Assembly (NCBI GenBank): GCA_026023565.1
Contig: JAPETS010000002.1
Span: 558,001-622,000 of the forward strand
Length of the DNA stretch: 64,000 nt
Direction of reading: 5' to 3'
From: Cirrosporium novae-zelandiae
Lineage: Eukaryota
Positions 1-11,709 of the stretch are shown here, piece by piece. The notes under the pieces were generated by a model that was not told the DNA's origin, searched no databases, and saw only the letters and a program-made list of their open reading frames with translations. Positions within the stretch are counted from its first letter, which is position 1. Each line of letters opens with the position of its first letter. A program made the position numbers and the translations under genes.

Positions 1-899
1 TTGTGTAAGAGAACGGTGCCCTTTGTTTCAGTCTGTGAAATATCAATTGGGCAGCTAAAAACACCGACTTTTGCTTTCTTTGCATTTCTAACGGAGCCAG
101 AAGGCTCACGAGCGAATACCATTCCGCGGACCACACGAGATTGGTTGAGGGAACCACCCATGATTTTGACTACACGAATTGTGTCGACATTAAACGCGGC
201 AGGGTTCTTAGGGAGGACGGCAAGGACCGCCTCAGAGACAAGAGAGGCAAGAAGGGATGCCGAGGATATTTGTTTAGAGGCGATAACGGGGGTAAGGGCT
301 TTAGCTAGCTCGGAGGGGGTACGAAGGTCTTTAACCCGCTCGACTTCGAGTTCTATAGTCATTAGTTTAGCGATAATTTAGATAAAATAGATTATGTGGG
401 AAACAAACCTTCTAAGCTCTGCAATGCATACTCCATTGCTCTCTCATAACCTTGAACAATGTCACTTGTCTTTAACCCCATTCTTAACAAATCCTCTGCT
501 TTTTTCAATAACTCCCCAGCCAGCACTATCACTAAATTTGTAGCATCACCTAGCTCTGCTTCTTGCTGTTGGCTTGCCATGACAATCAGCTTCGCAGCTG
601 GGTGCACAACATCGAGTTCTCGTAGGATTGTAGCCGCATCCGATGTTAATGTCATTTTCTGAAGGTGATTTATGACGATTTTATTACGGCCATATGGGCC
701 AAAAGATGTTTCGACCGTTTGCGATATCGCACGGCAAGCTTCGATATTCCGCAAGACAGCACCATCTTCAGACTCATAACTAAAATGTTATTAGTTATGT
801 TGTTCAAATATCAAGACGGATGGTGGGAAGTGAAGATTACTTGTTGTATCCTTGTTTGAACAGGCCGCTGTTCGGCGCCGATGGCATAGACAAAGACAT
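1..899 (-). CDS. CCT8: T-complex protein 1 subunit theta (CCT chaperonin), 3' part runs off the left edge
   Basis: ATG at 899 gives MSLSMPSAPNSGLFKQGYN; intron 840..780 (GTAATC...CTAAT...TTAG); exon YESEDGAVLRNIEAC...SFGPYGRNKIVINHLQKMTLTSDAATILRELDVVHPAAK...GDATN; second intron ~408..353 (GTTTGT...CTAAT...ATAG); typical group II chaperonin theta sequence. Confidence 0.96.
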
Positions 900-2013
900 C
901 TTGACGATTAAATAGTAAATCGGCAGACACGAAACTTGATAAAGAGCCTTCTGTAGCTCGGATATCAAATATAAGATGCGCTTTCCAAGCTCAGAATGTG
1001 GTGGAGTTTTGGCTCACCAAATCTATTTTTTGTTTGTGATGTTTGCACTCTCTTCCGCATATCAATGTAAATCTTGTCTCCAATCAACTAGTTTAACAAA
1101 ACTTTCCCTACAATTCATACCCTACCCTACGTACCTATCTATCAAATCTCGAGCCAAGTAGCTCACGCTTTTTACAGTAAGCTTTTCTAATCCCTTTTAT
1201 CATTACAATTTCCAAACCCATTTATTTACTGTGGTGTTAGGCGAAATACTTCCTAGTACAGACTACTTAATTTCACCTTCTAACGATATGAGGCAACAAC
1301 TATACCTAGTATCGCCTAACGGTTACTTGATCTGGTTAAATTCCGTGTAGAGCCCCCTCGTTGTAATAGAGATTATTTCGCCTGACACCACCACACATAT
1401 ATATAATTATATCCTCACACTTTAAAAATTTCCCCTTTTTTTAGTTAGTTCTCATTACATGAGATAGGTTTGGTAAAAGGACGTGGAGTGTTAGCTAACT
1501 TGTAGTAGTAGATATCCAGTATTAGGGTATATATAATCTGGGTACGCCATAGTAAGAAGCAACAGCAATAATGATAGCAATAATAACGCCAACACCAGCA
1601 TCGATAACAGACAAAAGCACAACCGATCAGTCGGTCGGTAGATCAATCGGTTCATCGAAATCCGTCGAATGAAGCCTTTATCAAGAACTCCTTACTGAAA
1701 TCCTTCTCCAAGATGTAAGGTAGAGATAGGGGTAGAGGTAGGGGGGAGCTAACGAGTTCCGAGTGTGAAGAAAGAGGACGAGTTTGGCTGAATGTATGTA
1801 TGGAGGGCGTGAGAAGGGTGAGTAAGTGGTGGTAGAGGCGGAGATGGTTTGTCGTTGCTTGGGTTCGACGGCTGGATTGAGATTGAGGGTGAAGGTGAAG
1901 ATAAAAGTGAAGAGGTATCTCGATTCAGTGATATCCTACATTCCGCTCCCCCTTTGTCTTTCTTAACGCCTCAGTTTCCCTGTCTCTGCTTGGTCATCTA
2001 GAGGGGATCGCTT

Positions 2014-2950
2014 TCAAATTCCGAAGACGGATTTAATCCATCTCACCGCTTTCTTCCCTTTCCCTTCCTCTTCCTCCAACTGCCGAAACAACTTTTCTGC
2101 TTCTTCCGTTTTGCCCTGATCGTTATATAGGTTTTCTAGGCCTAATATCTGTTCGCATCTCTGCAACGTTCGCTGATATATCTTTTCTGCCTTTTCACTT
2201 TGTCCTGTGCCATCATACAAATAACCTAGGCTGAGAAGATTGTTTAAATGCAATAGATTTGTTTCTTTTTCTCCGACTAGCCCTTCAAAACATGCATGTT
2301 CCAGTCTTCCGGCATGTCGGAGAAGGCGATCTTGTTCAGGCCCAGATTTTTATGCCAATTCTGCAACAGATTGAGCAACACAGTGAAATGCCAGCCAATA
2401 TAGGTCCTTGTTCAGTTTTCGATTAAGGTAATTAGACGTCTAATCATGAACATAACTGTGTAAGCTGTATCCTTCATTTTGTTGAACTTCAACGAGTGCG
2501 TATGTAAATAAGGTAGTCATTGCAAGACTTACTGTTCATTGCTAGATAAATTAGGCTTTGTTAATTAATGATAGCCATATGGAACCGCTTTAGAGGATAA
2601 CAATTCCTAAGATTAATTTCAACCTTTTTATCTGAGGCGTTGTTTATATTTATTTGTATTTTATTTTCGATGTGTAGTAGAGAGTAGGCGTAGTGGTTGA
2701 ACACTCTCCATACTTCCTCCCCAGGGTCAACTTTATTCCATGCTAACGACAGTGAACAATCTAATCTATTCTCCCATCTCTGATATGTGATAATGCTACC
2801 AGTTTTGTGTTCCAATGATGCTCGTCCAGATTAGCTCTTGGCGTGCATAGTTCGAAGCTCTTGGAGGCCCGGCTGAACCAAATACCTTACAGCTTTCGCC
2901 ATGGAGGCGTCAAAATACTTTCCAGATCAGCATCTGTCAGCAATGCCATG
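2014..2950 (-). pseudogene. Degenerate NB-ARC/winged-helix + TPR (NLR-like) gene
   Basis: In frame with ORF 2014..2253 the minus strand reads AMTTLFTYALVEV..GYSLHSYVHD*TSNYLNRKLNKDLYWLAFHCVAQSV..*..RLLRHAGRLEH..LGYLYDGTGQSEKAEKIYQRTLQ..LYNDQGKTEEAEK, resembling the WHD (YSxHxxVHDW) and TPR_12 repeats of fungal NLRs; in-frame stops at 2442-2440 and 2352-2350; upstream boundary approximate. Confidence 0.75.
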
Positions 2951-3069
2951 GACGCCACAAAGATTACCCCAAAACCCTTTTGATTGTTTCAAGCTGATAA
3001 TAAGGTACACCTTCCATCGGACCAGAGAGTTCATGGAGTTATATCACACATTTCCACTTCACTATCGCC

Positions 3070-5360
3070 ATGTCCTCAGATTCGGGAAACAAAACCGATG
3101 ACAACTCCATAGAGAAATCTCCACACAGTCCATATCATTCCCATGGTCATCAACATCATGGTCATTCATTGAAACATTTGTTCCGCCCGGATGGACGTAA
3201 AGTTCATATTGCTCCATCTCCTGACGTCGCCGAACAATTGCACAAAAGCTTGTCCCGAGAAGAAAAAGAATTCGATATTTATATCCATGGCTCTCCCGAG
3301 CATTTGAATCTTCTTCGGGAGATCCATGCTCATCATGAATCTAGGCAAGATAATCTTCGCCAACAACATGGAAGTATATATGATGAATTTGAGAATGTGC
3401 GATTGGAACTGGATGTGCTCTCTGCCGAGTTACATAGGTTAACAGAACATGGGGTATCGCTGGATGCTAATTTTGAGAAGGTAAGGCGAACATTGAGTCC
3501 AATTGACGATTCCTGGAGCAAGCCAAGAACTTCTCAATTGATATTTCTGGGAACCAGTTTCTCATCCTCTAAAGCAACCGCTGCCATGGTTAACCCAGTA
3601 ATTCATTTAGCTATCGAAAATTTTCAGCCAATACAAGGAACAGGACAATTATTCATATGGTCTACTTAGTTCCATTGCGATTCCCATATGCCTCGATACC
3701 TCTGTCATTGTACTAACCACAGACTATTCACACACAAGCTAACCACACCTATACTGTATAGTTCGGATATAGTGCTCGTCTTCGAACCCGCGACCCCAAT
3801 TCACCTGGGAGCAGTTCCCTTCATGTGGATCATTCAACTACCCACGAACCTCGAGATTGGAGCGCCGAACGTCAAAATGGCTCGGTGCTACAAGTCTGGA
3901 AACGCCCTGTGCTGAGACAATTCATGCACAAGGGACTTCTATGGCGGGCTTCAGAAATAGAAGAGGTGGCATCTTTTGAACTGTTCTTTGATTTGTTATA
4001 TGTTGGCATATTGGCAATTAACGGCGACCAAGCTGCGGAGGACCCCACCGGATTATCTCTGTTACGGTTTTCGGTTACATTCATCCTTAGTTGGAAGTTA
4101 TGGAGCGATCTTACTATGATTATCAGCTGGTTCGAAACAGACGACATCCTGCAGAGAGTCTCGGTACTTTTTTTCATGGCATGTCTTCTTGGTTTCACAA
4201 CTAACATAACCCATTCCATGGACACAACCTACAGCCAAATGCTAGCCTTCTATCTAGCTCAGCGCCTCTTTACCGCCATATATTATGCATGGATAGCTTA
4301 CCTCATCCCAATGGTCAAAGGAATTATGGCTGGTAATGCGACTCTCATCACCATCGCCGCAGCCCTGTGGATTTCCAGCATCCACGTCTCTTGGACGAGC
4401 CGTCTCATTTTCATCTGGATCACCATCCCTTTCGAGCTTCTATCCCCCTTCCTCTTCGTCGTCTTCATTCGGCCCTCAACCGCCAACGGCCCCCTCCGTC
4501 GTATCTCCAAATACTTTGAATACTACCCGGCCATCAACATCGAACACAAAACGGAGCGTACCAACGCCTTCGTGACCCTCGTTCTTGGCTACTCGGTTGT
4601 CTCGCTCCTCTATCAGAACCGCGCTAGCATGGGCATCAACGCCTTCTTCGGTAAAGCCGTCCTCGGCCTCATCCAAGCTTTCTCCTACAACTGGATGTAC
4701 TTCGAGCTCGACTCATTCAACCTGCACTATCACGCTATCCGGCGCCACGTCCACTCGTCCATGATATGGACGGCCGTCCACCTCCCCTTCGTAATGTCCT
4801 TTACGCTCGCAGGAGCAGCCCTCTCCCGTCTTGTCCTCCTACATGACTGCGCCAACACAGACCCAGAAACCCTCTCAGAAAGCAGCTTCGAAAAATCAGA
4901 GCCAGACCTCCATATTGGTCTCCGCTGGTACTATAGTACGGGCCTAGGCATCGCCCTTGCCAGCATGGCCCTCATCTCCCTCTGCCATATCCATAAAGAA
5001 ATTAAAAACCAACGCTTAAAAAAGCGTTACCGCCTCACCCTCCGCTTCGGGGTCGCCCTGATTCTAATCCTCTTACCCCTAGCCCACAGCCTCAACTCCC
5101 TGCAGCTTATTGCCACAACCACAGGTCTAGTTGTCTTTTCACTGCTGATTGAGCTCTACGGCTCCACATGCATAGGCGAGGGATTCGATTTCCTGAGGAG
5201 TGAGAGACGGTGCAGAAAAAAGTGCGAGCGGATGAGGTATTATGGGGAGTGTAAGATGAAGAGGGCGGATGTGGAGCGATGTGTTAAGACTGGGGCGGTG
5301 GTGAATGTGGAGGAGTTGAGTCGCGGCGAGAGGAGGCAAGGGTTTTGTGAGGCATGTTAG
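3070..5360 (+). CDS. Low-temperature-requirement A (LtrA)-family multi-pass membrane protein
   Basis: Exon 1 3070..3480, intron 3481..3761 (GTAAGG...GCTAAC...ATAG), exon 2 3762..5360 in frame with ORF 3825..5360; motifs ELFFDLLYVG and ERTNAFVTLVLG, about 10-11 hydrophobic helices. Confidence 0.88.
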
Positions 5361-8128
5361 TTGGGGCTATCTGGGTATATATCTAGTTTCGGAATTATAT
5401 AGGGGGGGTTCACTCCTAAACCTATTATTATTACTTACATCCCGCATCCCACATCCCGCATCCCGCATGCGAACGAATACCAATATTATTCTATCCAAAT
5501 CCAGGCCCAAATACAATGCATACATATACATACATACATATAGTATTAGTATTTACTTGGTTATATTCACGGAGGAGGAGGAGGTGTCGCCTTTTACACC
5601 ATACTTATCACTCATCACTTATTTCGATGTTTAGAATTGAATAAAATATATAAGCTCGGGGAGGGGAATACATGGACATGGACATGGAATATACTATTCA
5701 TAGCTATATTTGCTTTAGTTCAGTTTTGGGAAATAATTCCAGCTACCTAGTTAGGTAGTTAGGTAGGTTAATAAAGAAGATTGATTACCTCTTTTTTTTT
5801 TCTTTTTTTCTTTTGTTTGGGGGAGAGGGGAGGGTATGAGGGTATTGTTTGCAAAAAAAAATAGAGAAGTAATTAAATAGTCTCCTTGATATGTCTATAT
5901 CTATATCTATAGGTGGGCAGCTCAGCCCATCTCAGCTCATCTTCATCCAAAGAAAAGAGTGCTACACTAAGCCAGCCACAAACATCAACATGCCTCCTAT
6001 TCGTACTTTTAAGGCATGAAACCATTCCGCATTCCGCATTCCGCATTCCAATTCCGCATTCCCATAGTATACCTTTCCATTGCCATTGCCCATCTTCGTT
6101 AAACCCTTAGTAGCATAACACCCCCCTTATTATCAGATGTCTAGGCCCAGGTTCAGGTCCAGGTCCAGGTTCAGGATGACGGTATATATAGATAGAATAG
6201 AATAGAAGAAGGAGGTAAATTAACTCTGTTCGCTTGCTTTTTTAGTGAACCATTTCCACCATCAGGGAAAGGAATAGACCAGACCAGACCGACCAAGCCT
6301 CCTATTTTGTAGACGGACCAGACCGAGGGCCTTGGTCTAGTCAGCCTAGTCTATTCCTTTCGCTGTCTATCATTACTAGCTCTAAGAGAGCTAGCAGGAT
6401 CCACAGGACCTCGGTCAAATAAGGGAGAGGTATTTGTGTCGCTCGCTCCTTCTTGTATAACCCTCTCTCATCAACCCACATATCGTAACTAATTTATTGG
6501 TGAATATTTATTGTTGGAACACACAGTTCAAGGTGTTAATATTACCAATCTGGATGGATGGATGGGTTTATTAGCATCTGGTTGCTGAGTTTGTCGTTCC
6601 AACCAGGCCGACTGATGCTTCTCCGAGTAAATAGGTGGATAGATCAGATTGGATTTGGATTTGGATGTGATTATGATGGGAGGCATATATTGTGCTCGAA
6701 AATTGTACAATACATAGTATATAGTACTTATGAATATATCAACCGAAATCGCGGAGTAGGAGTAGTGCTAGTGTCCAAGTCCAACTAGATTAATAGAGTG
6801 TGCTGAGACTCTTCGAACATGGAGGACATGCATCCTTATTTCCTGAAAGACGGACGGTCATGTAGGAATATTCAATTGTCTGTCTGTCTGTATGGGGCTG
6901 GGGCTGGTCCTGCTGATGGGGGGGAAAGTAGCATATTTCTTCCGTAAGACCCCACGGTTGGAGGTGGAGGTGGAGGTGCTTCTCCCAAAACATTTTTTTT
7001 ATTTGATTTGATTGTTTTGCTCCTCTTCTATTAGAATTCGTTCTTGGGATACCCAAGATACCCGCTATGTGTGTGGATGTCGTAAGGTAAGTGACAGCCA
7101 GCGGCCATGATGTGAGAAGAGTTGAGTGCCCAGAGTTGTTAAATCGGTATTGAATACTTGCTTGTGTGTGTATGTGCATATATATATGTCGGGACACAGT
7201 GTCATTTGCAATTGTGATGTTAGATATAATGTCGGGATATCCGCTATATATTGGTGGTGGTGCTAGTAGGATTCTCGCAAAAAATCTCATCAGGATTGGA
7301 AAGGGTTGTTTTTTTAAGTATATTGTTGATCATGTTAGCTGAGTGTATATTATTGGTTGTGTTGGTTAAATGTATATATGGTTGACTGTGTGCTAGTTGA
7401 CTGTGCTAGTTGAGCGTTCATTGCGTACCAAGCTTGTTGTTAGACATCAAAGACTCGCGATAGCTACTTGAGTAAACTGGTGGGAAATGCCCTAGTTGTA
7501 TGTTAACTTGGTATAAAGGATTAATAAAGAATAGAGATAAAACAAGTTTCAGTCCAGAAATAAACGCCTTCAGGTATACTTTCTGGCAGACTATCGACAA
7601 CTTCTCCATTTGCAAGCTAGACTTTCTGCGAGTCTGATAAAGGTAATTTCGCCAGTCTCGTACATTTCTATTGCCTTGGTAATATTCGTACGTTGATATG
7701 CCCATTTATCCTAGATAAGTGCTTCTCGAAGTATCTGAAGCCGCTTCTCGACTGGGTATGTGTTATGGGTGCCTTTTCTGACCATTTGGAGTGAACACTT
7801 GTTGTACTATTTGTTGTTAAAGAGATTTCAGCCGTCAATCCCTAGATCCTCCCCCTCCTCCTTCTGCTTCTTCCGCGTACAAAGTCTTGGTTCCAAATCG
7901 ATTGTCAAGCAATTGAGAAATATTTTTATCAATTCCGCTGCCCCCAATACCCAGTCTAAATGAGCACATCTCTAACTTCCTTACTAACGAAGCCAGTATC
8001 CACTATAGCCTCGTAAACAAAATTTATCCATCAATTTGTCGGACACGACAAAATAACCCTTTGAGCTAGCTTGATTTTCTCGAAAGGTCTGCTAAATATG
8101 TCTTTGAAGTCTGCTTACTACAATCCAA

Positions 8129-8323
8129 CATGTCAATATCATCTGTCCCGGTTTAGTTTCCATGGGACTAGTCTCAGCCGTTGAAACCAACCCAGAAAGT
8201 GCGAAATGAATGAAGGTGATGTATCTTCCTCGTAGCATAGGAAACGTAGATGATGCAAGTGACGATGCCCGATAGATTACTGGAGTGCCACTTCCGGTTG
8301 ATGGTGGATACACGATGAAATAA
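8129..8323 (+). pseudogene. Short-chain dehydrogenase/reductase C-terminal relic
   Basis: HVNIICPG at ~8129 followed by ...RSIGNVDD-ASDDAR*ITGVPLPVDGGYTMK* (8219..8323), the classical SDR C-terminal signature, with a TAG at 8273-8275 and a deletion of the usual AxxxxFL segment. Confidence 0.7.
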
Positions 8324-10554
8324 ACCTACCACTTTGTGGAAGCCTACCATGTTTAGCAGTAGAAATCATTCTTCTCATCAAATCCTATATTATTTCCTAA
8401 AAGGTTATACAAACCAACGAGCGTGACCCATCTCAAGAATTTGATGCGAAGTTGATTGCAGTCTACGATGCTGATGAAATGTGAACTATACTCGTAGAGA
8501 GTGCTTGAATTGCGAAGAGGTGAATCAAACTAAGGACCATAAGCTACCTAGGTAGATAAGTAATGATTAGCAGCCTTTTTCAATTTTAATCTCCTGAAAT
8601 GGCATTCCTAGATAGAGAATTCTCAAAGGGCTGCAGTATACTTTAAAACAAACCCTAAATATTATCTAACCCAGTTTAGATATTCATCCTTCCTCTAGCA
8701 CCCGTTCTTTTCTTATCGCATCCCTCTTTAAGTAGTTCCTCGCCAGAATTATACCTCGGATAGCTCTTTCATAGATAGACTGAGCATTTGGGCAAGGCAA
8801 CCTCTTTGCATTTCGATAGTTTATTATACGCATAGGAGCTGGAGTACCTAGTAGGTTATGAGCCTCGGGATTATACGAACGGTAACCCCGAAATTTAGAC
8901 TCGTAGTGGGGCACATTCATTGTTATAGATAAAAGATACGAAATAAGAAGAGGAATAGAAGCCAATTAATCGAAGGACTTTTGAAGGATGCCGCGTAATG
9001 GGAGAGCATATTGCTATCTATCACAATTGCTAGCTTGAGACAACGATGAGTTTGCATAATAAAAGGGTAGGCATATGAGATGATAGGAAATAAGAAAACT
9101 CGGTCAGGAAGCGGTTACGAACTGGCAATCAAAGAAAGGAAAAGTCAAAGACTCGAAGACAACACTCTAGAAGCAAACGAAATATAACAAGCGGTCAAGT
9201 TTTCTGGGGGTTTTAACGAACTGTTTTACCTAGGAGATAGCCTGGGGGTAGCAACAATTAGTCCCTCAAGACCACCGAGGTTTCCGGGTTTCAGGGGCTT
9301 CTGGTGGCTAGTTATCGATAGCCAATATCTGTTAGTTTAATAACGCAGGACCGTTTACAAAGGCTGGTCTCGGAGAAATACTAGTACTGAAGGTAGAATA
9401 TATCAAAAGGATGGAACAATCAAAAGAATATTATATTTAGGATTGTGGTGGATCATTGAGAAGTAAAGCCCGAGGAAGGTTTGATACGGAAGGGCGGATA
9501 TTTGACCCATTCTCAAAGCGGTCACTAGTTTCCCGTCATTCCGCAATGATTTCCGAAGAGTGAATCTTTGACGTGGAGATATTTATGGACGCGTTAGCGT
9601 TTTGTTATATAGAATAATGGGGATAACGCAAATCCACTTTATCTAGTGAGGCCAGTGAACAATAATGGCTCAGCCCACAACAAGTATCATCATAATGCTG
9701 TGTAAGTGGTAGAATCAAATTCGCGCAAAAACTACCTAGGTAATTTCTGTTAACGAGATATCATCAAGGTCAAGGACCAAGTTTATCAAGGTTTCAGTTG
9801 GTTTTATTCAGGGTCTATCTCCACAACACCACCATGAGGAGCTGAAACTGGATACCTAGGGACCTGGGGCAATTCATTAGACTATCATCCAACACCATTT
9901 TTCATATCGTTTTCGGGCTTCGGAGGGTTCCATGTTTGGAGGAATTTTAACTTTTGGTCGGGGTTTTCATCAACAGGATTATTATTGTTGTATCAACCAG
10001 TAGTAGGAATGGACTTATCTTAGGTATATAACAAGTACGGTGAATAGATGCATAACGAATGCAATTCGGAACGGTCGAGGCTTTTCTCAAATGTGGAGCA
10101 CTTTTTCACTAATCATTTGCCAGTGTGGAGAAAAGGAAAGGGTTGTGAATGTTTTTATCCGAGCTTTTGAGATTTTCATCTAAGCTTTTTCTTTTCATGC
10201 CATCTCAACAAAGTGAGTGACCCGTTGACTTGTTCGTTGGTGTCATTGGGGGGAAAGACAAAGGATGGGGGGGGGGTAGGGGAGGTCGGAGAGGTCGGAG
10301 AGGTCGGAGATGACGGCGTCTCTCAGGTACCGATCATCACGTGATGTTATATCATTCATTCGATCAACAATCATTGGTCCTGATTCGGGAAGGTACCGGT
10401 CATTACGTCGGAAAACTAAGTCCCCTCCCCAAGCCCTCCAAGCCCTCCAAAGCCCTCTAAGCCTTGGGGGGAGGGAAGGGTAGGTAAGCTGGCTTGTACA
10501 TTCCAAGTATTCCATTCAAACGACTTATTTGTCACACCTTTGGCTCCTTTTCTA

Positions 10555-11709
10555 ATGTCTAATAAATCTCAGCTCTTGCTCCTTTCAAGGCTCCTCCAGA
10601 GTTACCATTTTCCTTTAAAACCGAGTCCTTCTTGTCATTATTGTTATCGCCCTATCCATTGCTCTCTAGCTCATCCTCGAAGCTTGTCAAGTCTCATTCA
10701 TTCTCATCATCACAAGCTAAAGCCCCGAGGGCAATCATCAGAATTCTACTCGGACAGCTGTAAAAATTTGAAAGGAAGAAGGGTCAGCAAGATGGGCAGT
10801 CGTGAGAATGGTAGGTCAAGACCCTTTTCGTCAATGCCGATATTACTTGTGAGGGTTTGTGGCTTGGACCAGGTCATGCCCAAGCGTCGGTCGTGGTCTG
10901 TTACCATCAAAGTATGGTGAATGTTGTCCTACCATCCTAATCTCACCATAAACCATGGTCCCTTATACACTATTATTATGTATTCGTTCCTTCAACTGGT
11001 TTCCGTACTGACGGGCTAGATCCCATCCAATTACATTACTACCAACCATGGAATATACTGAACATTCTGGACAGGAACCAGTTCCCCCGAACCACCAAAA
11101 AGCCATATAGCCGATCTCCTTACCTCCAATAAAGAATGGGCTGCCAAGACAGCTGAAGAAGATACCGAACTATTTCCGAAATGCGCAGCTGGCCAATCCC
11201 CCAAGATCCTCTGGATTGGATGCTCTGACTCGCGAGTTCCGGAAACAACTCTTCTTGGTTTAAAGCCCGGAGATGTTTTTGTCCATCGTAACGTTGGAAA
11301 TGTTATCCACCCCGGAGATATCAGTGTCATGTCTGTTATTGAATATGCGGTTTCGTATGTGGGAGTTAAACATATAATTGTATGTGGGCACAGTGGTTGC
11401 GGTGCCTGCAACGCGGCTTTGGGGAATGCAAGATTAGGACTATTGGATACTTGGATACATCCACTACGAAAGCTCAAGGCACAGAATATGATGATCTTGA
11501 AAGCAGCTGGACATCCTGACAGAGTGTTGGCTGAATTGAATGTCAGAACTGGGGTTGACACCGTGAAGGAGAATCCAAATGTCATGGCGCATCCAGAGGT
11601 GGAGGTTCATGGCCTTATGTACGATGTTGGAACTGGCGAGTTAAGGGAATTGGATGATTATAACGAACAGGCTCGACTGAGATCCCAGGCGTTCAGGCTA
11701 AAAGCTTAG
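10555..11709 (+). CDS. Beta-class carbonic anhydrase (Nce103/Can-like), possibly with mitochondrial presequence
   Basis: Zn ligands in WIGCSDSRVPE (CSDSR at 11221) and CGHSGCG, plus FVHRNVGN; exon 1 from ATG 10555 (or 10792) to 10810, intron 10811..11074, exon 2 11075..11709; start and acceptor choice are inferred. Confidence 0.92.

Noticed and set aside
6790..7290. 166-aa ORF and other short ORFs in 5.4-7.3 kb and 14.8-16.8 kb
   Set aside because: Built from microsatellite and low-complexity DNA
8684..8965. 93-aa minus-strand ORF
   Set aside because: Non-ATG start and no identifiable family
10811..11074. TPP riboswitch or donor-interrupted stwintron in the carbonic anhydrase intron (likewise the LtrA intron)
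   Set aside because: No CTGAGA / CTGAT..GGATAAT..AGCG core; excising the inner intron does not regenerate a GT donor
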